64,000 bases of DNA from Chrysomallon squamiferum. Its lineage: Eukaryota > Animalia > Mollusca. Both the position numbers and the translations under genes were made by a program. Below the pieces are notes generated by a model. The model was not told the origin of the DNA. It did not search any database and saw nothing but the letters and a program-made list of their open reading frames with translations. Shown piece after piece: positions 29,788 to 41,900 of this stretch. The stretch's first letter is position 1; the number at the start of each line of letters is the position of its first letter. The DNA is taken from the NCBI GenBank assembly GCA_012295275.1, contig CM022678.1, positions 11,842,001-11,906,000 of the forward strand. Reading direction: 5' to 3'.

Positions 29788-32700
29788 ATGTATGTATATG
29801 TATATGTATTTATGTATGTATATATATGTATATGTATATATGTATTTATATATATATATGTATATGTATATGATGGTAAAATAGCCAAACTAACAGGTAA
29901 AACAAGTATATATAATAAAAATAATTTGACAGGTAAAGCAATGACAAAAATAACATTTCCAAACAGCTAAGATAACTAAATGCATTAAAACCTAATAAAC
30001 CAGTGTTATACAGTCTGTCTGTGTGTTTTAAAACAGCTGTTTCAAATTGTTGTGTATTTCTGCCATGTTCAGTTGTGATATTTCTGTTTTCAGTCCGATT
30101 AGACAGAAATACTCAGTGGTACGAGTTCAGTTGTGACTCTTTCTGTTTTCAGTCCGATTAGACAGAAATAGTCAGTGGTACATGTTCAGTTGTGACTCTT
30201 TCTGTTTTCAGTCCGATTAGACAGAAATACTCAGTGGTATGTGTTCAGTTGTGACTCTTTCTGTTTTCAGTCCGATTTCAGTGGTATGTGTTCAGTTGTG
30301 ACTCTTTCTGTTTTCAGTCCGATTAGACAGAAATACTCAGTGGTACGTGTTCAGTTGTGATATTTCTGTTTTCAGTCCGATTAGACAGAAACACTCAGTG
30401 GTACATGTTCAGTTGTGATATTTCTGTTTTCAGTCCGATTAGACAGAAATAGTCAGTGGTAGGTGTTCAGTTGTGACTCTTTCTGTTTTCAGTCCGATTA
30501 GACAGAAATTCTGTTTTCAGTCCGATTAGACAGAAATAGTCAGTGGTAGGTGTTCAGTTGTGACTCTTTCTGTTTTCAGTCCGATTAGACAGAAACACTC
30601 AGTGGTACATGTTCAGTTGTGATATTTCTGTTTTCAGTCCGATTAGACAGAAATAGTCAGTGGTAGGTGTTCAGTTGTGACTCTTTCTGTTTTCAGTCCG
30701 ATTAGACAGAAATACTCAGTGGTACATGTTCAGTTGTGATATTTCTGTTTTCAGTCCGATTAGACAGAAATAGTCAGTGGTAATTGTTCAGTTGTGACTC
30801 TTTCTGTTTTCAGTCCGATTAGACAGAAATACTCAGTGGTACGAGTTCAGTTGTGACTCTTTCTGTTTTCAGTCCGATTAGACAGAAATACTCAGTGGTA
30901 CGAGTTCAGTTGTGACTCTTTCTGTTTTCAGTCCGATTAGACAGAAATACTCAGTGGTACGTGTTCAGTTGTGATATTTCTGTTTTCAGTCCGATTAGAC
31001 AGAAATAGTCAGTGGTACGTGTTCAGTTGTGATATTTCTGTTTTCAGTCCGATTAGACAGAAATAGTCAGTGGTAGGTGTTCAGTTGTGACTCTTTCTGT
31101 TTTCAGTCCGATTAGACAGAAACACTCAGTGGTACATGTTCAGTTGTGATATTTCTGTTTTCAGTCCGATTAGACAGAAATAGTCAGTGGTACTGAGTTC
31201 AGTTGTGACTCTTTCTGTTTTCAGTCCGATTAGACAGAAATACTCAGTGGTACGAGTTCAGTTGTGACTCTTTCTGTTTTCAGTCCGATTAGACAGAAAT
31301 ACTCAGTGGTACGAGTTCAGTTGTGACTCTTTCTGTTTTCAGTCCGATTAGACAGAAATACTCAGTTCGTCCGATGTCCTCAGTCAACATGAGTCGATCT
31401 GCAGCTGAGGCTGTGTCTACAGGGACCAGTCCTTGCACGTAAGTTATTCTATGTCTATTATGAGACAGGGAACAGTCCTTGCACGTAAATTTACTATGGC
31501 TGTTATTGGACAGGGACCAGTCCTTGCACGTAAGTTATTCTATGTCTGTAATTAGACAGGGACCAGTCCTTATATGTATTTTTACATGTTAATACACAGG
31601 GACCAGTCCTTGCAAGTATGTGTTTCTGCAACTGATTCTGAAACTGATTATTATGTTTTTTGTTGAAATGTGTATAACATTTTACAGGCAGTAAAAATAT
31701 AGTCTTTAGGTTTCTAAATAATTATTTTCATCCTTGTTCATAACTTGTTAGAAAACATAAATACTTTTTATATATTTCTAAATCACTTATTTGTTTGTTG
31801 GTTTATTTATTTATTTATTTATTTATTTATTATTAATTTTTTTTTAATTAATAATTTATTTACTTAGCTGTTTATTTATTTTTATTTATTTTGTGTTATC
31901 ATTATATCTGTGATGGTGTTCCATACATTTTATATAAATCTAGAACTTTTTATTGGTTTCTTTCTCGTTAAACTGTAAACAAAACTAAATAAATTGTATT
32001 GTGTGAAATGTTTTGAACTTTGACCTGTACAGTTTGTTTCTGCTTTCAGTCAGTCGTGTCTGCTGATCCAGGGATCACACCGGTTTCGGTCGGACAGCAT
32101 GGATTCCAGGTCGTCACATCAGAGTGGATCAGTCGGTGCTGAATGCAACATCAACTCCGCAGACTTCTTTGGGTAAACTTAGCTACAGTTAGTTGTCAAC
32201 AACAACAACAACAACAGTAACGATGATTATAACTGTAGTGATAAAAAAACAATAGTAATAATAATAAAAATGGAAATAATAATAATAATAATAATAATAA
32301 TAGCAATTACAATTACAAGAAAAATACGATAATTATTGAAGAAAATAACATAATAATAATAGCGATAATAATTGGTGATAAAAATAGTAACAATTACGAT
32401 GGTGAAATAATAATAGTGATGATGATGCTAATATCAATAATAATGATAAATAATCATAATAATGTTGAAAGTAGCAAAGAGTTGCAAAGTAATAATAACA
32501 TTCAGAAACTTCACAGTGGTAAATAATAACAAATTAAATAATAATAATAATAATAATGATATTTACAAAAGGTGTGATATAGCAGTGATGCAATGAAAAG
32601 TGTGTTTACAGATTTGTTTTACTTTCAGTGACAGCAGTGATGCAATGAAAAGTGTGTACAGATTTGTTTTACTTTCAGTGACAGCAGTGATGCAATGAAA

Positions 32701-35700
32701 AGTGTTTACAGATTTGTTTTACTGTTCAGTGACAGCAGTGATGCAATGAAAAGTGTGTTTACAGATTTGTTTTACTTTCAGTGACAGCAGTGATGCAATG
32801 AAAAGTGTTTACAGATTTGTTTTACTGTTCAGTGACAGCAGTGATGCAATGAAAAGTGTGTTTACAGATTTGTTTTACTGTTCAGTGACAGCAGTGATGC
32901 AATGAAAAGTGTTTACAGATTTGTTTTACTTTCAGTGACAGCAGTGATGCAATGAAAAGAGTGTTTACAGATTTGTTTTACTTTCAGTGACAGCAGTGAT
33001 GCAATGAAAAGAGTGTTTACAGATTTGTTTTACTTTCAGTGACTCGGGTTCGGAGCATGGAGAGAAGATAGATGAAGAAGACATGTCTGATGCAATGAAA
33101 AGTGTGTTTACAGATTTGTTTTACTGTTCAGTGACAGCAGTTGTTGTTTTGATGCAATGAAAAGTGTTTACAGATTTGTTTTACTTTCATTCTTGGTGTA
33201 AAAGTGATGCAAAAAATTGTGTTTACAGATTTGTTTTTGTTTTTGTGTCAGTGAAAGCAAAATGATGCAATGAAAAGTTGTTTAAAAGATTTGTTTTACT
33301 TTCAGTGACAGCAGTGATGCAAAAAGAAAAAATATTGTTTACAGATTTGTTTTACTTTCATTCTTGGTAAAAGAAACAAAATGATGCAATGAAAAGACTT
33401 GTATGTTGTGTTTTCTTGGTGTAAAGATTTGTTTTACTTTCAGTGACAGTTGTTGATTTGCAATGAAAAGAAACAAAATATTGTTTACAGATTTGTTTTG
33501 TTTTCAGTGTCATTCTTGGTGTAAAAGATGGAAAAGATAGATGAAGAAGACATTGTCTGTTGTTGTTTTGTGTCCCAGCTTGGTGTAAAAGAGACAAAAT
33601 ATTGTGTGTTGTTGTGAGACTTGTTGTTGTTGTTTTGTGTCATTCTTGGTGTAAAAGAGACAAAATATTGTGTGTTCTTTGTGAGACTTGTATGTTGTTG
33701 TTTTGTGTCATTCTTGGTGTAAAAGAGACAAAATATTGTGTGTTCTTTGTGAGACTTGTATGTTGTTGTTTTGTGTCATTCTTGGTGTAAAAGAGACAAA
33801 ATATTGTGTGTTCTTTGTGAGACTTGTATGTTGTTGTTTTGTGTCATTCTTGGTGTAAAAGAGACAAAATATTGTGTGTACTTTGTGAGACTTGTATGTT
33901 GTTGTTTTGTGTCATTCTTGGTGTAAAAGAGACAAAATATTGTGTGTTCTTTGTGAGACTTGTATGTTGTTGTTTTGTGTCATTCTTGGTGTAAAAGAGA
34001 CAAAATATTGTGTGTACTTTGTGAGACTTGTATGTTGTTGTTTTGTGTCATTCTTGGTGTAAAAGAACAAAATATTGGTGTAAAAGAGACAAAATATTGT
34101 TTTTTCTGTCATTCTTGGTGAAAAAGAGACTTGTATGTTGTTGTTTTGTGTCATTCTTGGTGTAAAAGAGACAAAATATTGTGTGTTCTTTGTGAGACTT
34201 GTATGTTGTTGTTTTGTGTCATTCTTGGTGTAAAAGAGACAAAAATATTGTGTGTTCTTTTGTGAGACTTGTATGTTGTTGTTTTGTGTCATTCTTGGTG
34301 TAAAAGAAACAAAATATTGTGTGTTCTTTGTGAGACTTGTATGTTGTTGTTTTGTGTCATTCTTGGTGTAAAAGAGACAAAAAATATTGTGTGTACTTTG
34401 TGAGACTTGTATGTTGTTGTTTTGTGTCATTCTTGGTGTAAAAGAAACAAAATATTGTGTGTACTTTGTGAGACTTGTATGTTGTTGTTTTGTGTCATTC
34501 TTGGTGTAAAAGAGACAAAATATTGTGTGTACTTTGTGAGACTTGTATGTTGTTGTTTTGTGTCATTCTTGGTGTAAAAGAAACAAAATATTGTGTGTAC
34601 TTTGTGAGACTTGTATGTTGTTGTTTTGTGTCATTCTTGGTGTAAAAGAGACAAAATATTGTGTGTTCTTTGTGAAACTTGTATGTTGTTGTTTTGTGTC
34701 ATTCTTGGTGTAAAAGAGACAAAATATTGTGTGTTCTTTTGTGAGACTTGTATGTTGTTGTTTTGTGTCATTCTTGGTGTAAAAGAGACAAAATATTGTG
34801 TGTACTTTGTGAGACTTGTATGTTGTTGTTTTGTGTCATTCTTGGTGTAAAAGAAACAAAATATTGTGTGTTCTTTGTGAAACTTGTATGTTGTTGTTTT
34901 GTGTCATTCTTGGTGTAAAAGAGACAAAATATTGTGTGTTCTTTGTGAGACTTGTATGTTGTTGTTTTGTGTCATTCTTGGTGTAAAAGAGACAAAATAT
35001 TGTGTGTTCTTTGTGAGACTTGTATGTTGTTGTTTTGTGTCATTCTTGGTGTAAAAGAGACAAAATATTGTGTGTACTTTGTGAGACTTGTATGTTGTTG
35101 TTTTGTGTCATTCTTGGTGTAAAAGAAACAAAATATTGTGTGTACTTTGTGAGACTTGTATGTTGTTGTTTTGTGTCATTCTTGGTGTAAAAGAGACAAA
35201 ATATTGTGTGTACTTTTGTGAGACTTGTATGTTGTTGTTTTGTGTCATTCTTGGTGTAAAAAGAAACAAAATATTGTGTGTATTCTTTGTGTAAAAGAAA
35301 CTTGTATGTTGTTGTTTTTGTTTTGTGTCATTCTTGGTGTAAAAGAGACAAAATATTGTGTGTTCTTTGTGAGACTTGTATGTTGTTGTTTTGTGTCATT
35401 CTTGGTGTAAAAGAGACAAAATATTGTGTGTACTTTGTGAGACTTGTATGTTGTTGTTTTGTGTCATTCTTGGTGTAAAAGAGACAAAATATTGTGTGTT
35501 CTTTGTGAGACTTGTATGTTGTTGTTTTGTGTCATTCTTGGTGTAAAAAAGAGACAAAATATTGTGTGTGTACTTTGTGAGACTTGTATGTTGTTGTTTT
35601 GTGTCATTCTTGGTGTAAAAGAGACAAAATATTGTGTGTTCTTTGTGAGACTTGTATGTTGTTGTTTTGTGTCATTCTTGGTGTAAAAGAGACAAAATAT

Positions 35701-36412
35701 TGTGTGTACTTTGTGAGACTTGTATGTTGTTGTTTTGTGTCATTCTTAGTGTAAAAGAAACAAAATATTGTGTGTACTTTGTGAAACTTGTATGTTGTTG
35801 TTTTGTGTCATTCTTGGTGTAAAAGAGACAAAATATTGTGTGTTCTTTGTGAGACTTGTATGTTGTTGTTTTGTGTCATTCTTGGTGTAAAAGAGACAAA
35901 ATATTGTGTGTTCTTTGTGAGACTTGTATGTTGTTGTTTTGTGTCATTCTTGGTGTAAAAGAGACAAAATATTGTGTGTTCTTTGTGAGACTTGTATGTT
36001 GTTGTTTTGTGTCATTCTTGGTGTAAAAGAGACAAAATATTGTGTGTTCTTTGTGAGACTTGTATGTTGTTGTTTTGTGTCATTCTTGGTGTAAAAGAGA
36101 CAAAATATTGTGTGTACTTTGTGAGACTTGTATGTTGTTGTTTTGTGTCATTCTTGGTGTAAAAGAGACAAAATATTGTGTGTACTTTGTGAGACTTGTA
36201 TGTTGTTGTTTTGGATACAAATTAGATAAATGTATTAGATATTCATCCAAACAGTACTTCTGTTTGTTTTTCCACACTAATCTTTACTAATTATAAAGTT
36301 TTGAAGAAAAATAATATGTCTGATTATTTCTAGATGTTAAATTGCTACAACAACAGTAACAATTATTATTACTACTACAAATACGGTTACTTCTATTAGT
36401 GCTACTGGTATT

Positions 36413-36460
<48 letters not shown>

Positions 36461-38885
36461 AACATATACACATATACAGAGAGAGAGAGAAAGAGATTTT
36501 ATCTGTTTATTAATTTTACTTATTTAATTGCTCTCTTGTCTGCCTCTCCATCTGTCTGATGTCTACACACTCACATACACCAGTGAAATCTGAAATACTA
36601 TCACATCATCATCACCATCGTCATCATCATTTTCATTATAACCACCACTGTTACTACTGTCATTATCATTGCCATTAGTTACTTTAATTATTATTATTAT
36701 TATTATTATTATTATTTCTATTGTTATTATTATTATTATTATTATTATAATATATTATTATTATATATTATTACTGTTATTATTGTTACTATTGTTATTG
36801 TTAATGCTGTTACTGTTACTGTTAATGTTGTTGTTGTTGTTGACAGATAAAATGAAACATGATTACGAGGAGGACCCCAGCCATGCGTCTCCGTACATGG
36901 CGATGACGTCGGGGAATGTCACTCCACCAACAGCTACCACAGCGCCATGCGGCTACATCGACATGACATTCAGCACTCATCTAGGTACGTTTTAATAATT
37001 CATTGTTCACATTTCTCCCATAATAAACATACTCAGCTCTACACATAAACTCACATCCGAATAGTGACCTAGATATTTCTGTAACTGCTTTACATTTTGT
37101 TGTTGTTGTTGTTGTTGTTTTGTTTGGTTGCTGGGCAGGAATCCAAACACTTTCTGAAATCACGTGACGTGTCAGATTAATCAGAGAGGCTAAACTGCTG
37201 CTTGTTTCAGTCAAAGGGGCCTGTCATGGGTGACAGTACTGTGTGGATTTGTTTATTTTTGCTTCTGATTTTTGTAGTGTTTATTGTCATTTTATTTATT
37301 TATTATATCTTGTTTACCCTGTTTATTATATTTATTTACTTGCTTATTTGTTTGTTTTATTAACTTGTTTATTTGTTTATATTTTTGTTTATTGGTGTAT
37401 TTTATTTATTTACTTGTTTGTGTACATCCATCTTTGTCTTTTTTTTATTTAATATGGTTATAAATGTTTTGTTTATTTTATTATTTATTTATTAATTTTG
37501 TCATTTTATTTTTGTTTGTTTGTTTTAATTTAATTTAATTTGTTTGCTTATTTGTTTTCTTGTTATAACTACTGCTCCTTTCATATCTCTTTTCTTTTAT
37601 TAATTTTTCTTTTTTCTTTTATTTTCTTTTATTTTCTTTATTTATTTATTTTTTTTTTATTTTTTTTTTTTTTTTTTTTTTATTTATTTTTTTTTTTTTT
37701 TTTTTATTTGATTTGATTTGATTTTTTTTTTTTATTTCAGGCAGTCACGAGACTGGTTCTGCCGCGTCTGAGGAGATGAACACGAAGTCGTACATGAACA
37801 TGAACATGAACATGAACCAGGGCCCTCCCCCACCCTCTGAACCCATCCCTATCAGGGTGGAGCCAAAGGCCGTGGGTTACATGGACATGTGCCCGGGATC
37901 CACCTCCCACAGCACCCCCCTGCCCACTGTCAGAGAAGGAGGGAGTAAGTTTTAAACTGTGAATAGCTGTTACTTATAGCATAGTATTAAAATAACACAG
38001 AAAACTGAATAGCTGTTACTTGTAGCATAGTATTAAAATAACACAGAAAACTGAATAGCTGTTGCTTGTGGCATTGTATTAAAATAACAGAGAAAACTGA
38101 ATAGCTGTTACTTGTAGCATAGTTTTAAAATAACACAGAAAACTGAATAGCTGTTACTTGTAGCATAGTATTAAAATAACACAGAAAACTGAATAGCTGT
38201 TACTTGTAGCATAGTTTTAAAATAACACAGAAAACTGAATAGCTGTTACTTGTAGCATAGTTTTAAAATAACACAGAAAACTGTGAATAGCTGTTAAAAT
38301 AGTTTTAAAATAACACAGAAAACTGTGAATAGCTGTTACTTGTAGCATAGTATTAAAATAACACAGAAAACTGTGAATAGCTGTTACTTGTAGCATAGTT
38401 TTAAAATAACACAGAAAACTGTGAATAGCTGTTACTTGTAGCATAGTATTAAAATAACACAGAAAACTGAATAGCTGTTACTTGTAGCATAGTTTTAAAA
38501 TAACACAGAAAACTGAAATAGCTGTAGCACAGAGCTGTTACTTGTAGCATAGTTTTAAAATAACACAGAAAACTGTGAATAGCTGTTACTTGTAGCATAG
38601 TATTAAAATAACAAAAACTGAATATATTAATAAAAATAACACAGAAAACTGTGAATAGCTGTTACTTGTAGCATAGTATTAAAATAACACAGAAAACTGA
38701 ATAGCTGTTACTTGTAGCATAGTTTTAAAATAATATATTAATAAAAAAAAAATTTTAAATTTACCCTCCATAATTAATATAATTATTAAATATACCAGTT
38801 AAAACATAAGTTGACAAGAATGCATAATAATTGTGTATATGTGTATGTGTTAGTTTTATTTATTTATTTATTTATTTATTTATTA

Positions 38886-38932
<47 letters not shown>

Positions 38933-41900
38933 TTTATTGTTTTAACGTGTGAATTGTCGAGGTAACTTCGAAGTTCTGGAGAGTTACCCATCAGTGACAA
39001 ACGTGAACTAACTCTTGTTGGACTACACATAATATAACAATAATGTTAAATGTTTCAGGTGTTTTCAGAAGGAAATACACAAAGATATCATAATAATTAT
39101 ACATATCATCACCCCTATAGCTAGTTGTAAAACAGTTGTAAAACTTTATTTTGTTTTTTGTTACTACTAAAAATGTTTGGCAAAATTTTTTTTTTTAAAA
39201 TGGCTCAATGAAAACTATTTGCGCTACTTTCCAAAGGTGAAAGAATAATCTTTAAAAAATTTAAAATTATTACTTATTATTATTTTTTTTTTTTTTCATG
39301 TAACCTTTAATATGTGTCATGTATTAAAAACATGAGTGGAAAATGGAAATTTTAATTTTTTTAAAATTTTTCTTTTGAAGCATGTAAAACAAGCTAATTT
39401 CTTTATGTGATCTACTATGACTCACAGTTGTTTTGACTATATATCTTTATTGATTTGGGCAGGAGATAGTCACAAAAAAGGGCTACTTTAATATTAAATA
39501 CGCCAAAATAAAGCTAATCATGTGTCATTAATAATAAAAAAAAAAAAAAAAAACAACAACAACCTAGTATTAGTTTTTTATGGTAACAAAAGGGGATTAT
39601 TTCCGTGAAGTTTCAACTCTGTAAAATAAAAACAAAATTAAAAAATAAATAAATAAATGTTTAGGTTTTCACCACACTTATCCCAATAAAGCTAAACTTG
39701 AGGAATTGTTCTCTTCGGGAGGTGAAAACGCAAAGGAAAAAGAAAAATGTTTACTTCAGTTCAGTTTCCGTTTGTTGTTGCTGCATTTTATTTCTTTTTA
39801 TTTCTTTCTTCTTCACTTTCTCTTTGCTTTCATCTTTTTTTTTTCAATTTTTTAATTTTATTATTTTATTATTATTATTATTATTTTTTTTTTTATTATT
39901 ATTATTATTTTTCTCAAATGTTGCTCCCTTTCTATTCCTTTTTTTTATTTTTTATTTTTTTTATTTTTTTTTAATCTGCATTTCCTTCTCTTTCATCGAT
40001 TCTCACAACTGTTTTCTGATTGAAATTACATTTGTTTTGTGTGTAGGTAACGAGGGCTATCTGCCGATGTCGCCGACGTTTGATCAGAGTCCCATTGACA
40101 CCAGCATGCTGCGGCCCACCCCGACCACGTGCCTGTTGACAGACGACAGCGGCGAGTTGCCCAAACGTACCTACTCCCTCGGCAGCAAGCCTCCAGCGAG
40201 GATTGTGGGTAAGACTGCAGCGACGCACGACTCGCTGGTGACAAAGAAGAGCTGCATGGACAACGGGAAGAGCTGCAGCGCTCCTCATCTTCTCCTCAAA
40301 GGACGAAACGTCGCCATGGAGTCTCCGGCTCCTAGTCCAGGCGCGTTGAGCACCTCCTACAAATCGGACAGCTCCTACCGGTCCGATGATTCAGACTCGT
40401 TCATGGAGCTCGACTTCCATCGTCCGCGGACAGCGAGTGACAGCTACAGCTGCAGGCCGCGCGCGTCCAGCTTCGGGAAGGCCTTCCAAGGACACCGGCC
40501 ACGCTCGTCCAGCTACGGTCACCAAGCGAAGCCGTTCAAAATGAAGCTCGGCTCCAAGCTGGGATCGTACGAATCGGTGCGGATGACGTCGCAGGAGTTG
40601 ATGCACCGGCCCTCGGTCGACTCGATGAGCTACGGGTCACGTGATTCGTTGAGGATGTCGTCGAGCGAGTCGCTGAGGCGGTTGTCGGAGGAGGTGAGGA
40701 CGAAGACGAACCTGCTGAACACGGAGTACGTGGATATGAACATGGAGAAGAGGAAGACTCCGTCGCCGTTGCCCGCGGGGGGGCGGGCTGGGGGGTACAT
40801 GGACATGACTATTGGGAGCCGGAGCTCGTCACCGAGTCGAGGCAGAGTGTCTGGGAGCGAGGCGAAACCGCACAGAAGTAACAGATCTGACACGAGCGCA
40901 GACGACTCCTACATGAACATGGAGTCTGCGGACGTCGTCACCGCTCACTCCGGACTCGAGTTGAAGTCCGCGGAGGAAGGTCGTCGCGACGCTTTCCTAC
41001 CTCAGCAGAAGAGCTGCGAACTGCCCAGATCAGTCCACTCCGACCTCGGCGACGACTCCTACATGGTCATGGAGTCGACGGACGTCGTCTCCTCGCGGAG
41101 GTCGAGTGAAGGGTCCCGGTCCGGCGAGCACGTGCGTTCCGTGCACAAAGACAGCACGTCACAACAGGCAGTGCACAAAGACAACACGTCACAACACGCA
41201 GTGCACAAAGACAGCACGTCACAACACGTCGCTAGGACACCGGCTCACCCAGTCGCCGAGTCGGACTACATCAGCTTCGAACCTGGGAAAGTGGACTCAC
41301 AGACTAAAAAACCTGATTTCTTTGATATCAAACCTCACAGGAGCAGCGCTCAGCAGACCAAACCTCCACCAACCCACGAGTCAGCTGTCAGCAAGAAAAC
41401 CAGCTCAGCAGCAACGAGAGTGTTTGCAGAGAGCAGGAAACCTGAACATCACACACGTCCTGAGCATCAACATCAACATCAGCATCATCAACATCAACAG
41501 CAGCAGCAGCAGCAGCAGGAGGTGTACGTCTTGTACGAGCCTCGGGACCAGTATGTGATGTACGAACCACACCAGACACATTTCAGTGACAGCCAGGGAA
41601 GCAGTGAATCGCTTTCTAAAAAGTCACACTCCAAAGATGGTAGTAGTAACAGCAGCAGTTCAAAAGAAAGCAAAAAGAAGAAACACAGCAAATCAAAAAA
41701 GTCGTCGAAAGGGTTCGATTCAGAAAGAGGTTCATCGGTTGAAAGTGTCCATCCTCTAGGACTGTGTAGCTCTGCAGCCAAAAGGATTCCTCAGAAAGCG
41801 GAAGTCGTCTGTTCACAGCACAAGGACGAAGTCGATGACGAGTACATAGAAATCTGTCCACTGAGTAAGACTGAAAGTGCGTCACAGAAAAGAAAATCTA

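Noticed and set aside
30067-36210. CRISPR-like regular repeat arrays
   Set aside because: Units are contiguous with no unique spacers, there are no cas genes, and the context is spliceosomal introns of a eukaryote.
33358-36290. Multiple repetitive ORFs on both strands
   Set aside because: Products of the 68-bp minisatellite; frame shifts every unit.
39698-40046. Hydrophobic N-terminus of the 1172-aa ORF as transmembrane segment
   Set aside because: Translated T-rich intron; the real exon starts at the acceptor 40046/40047.
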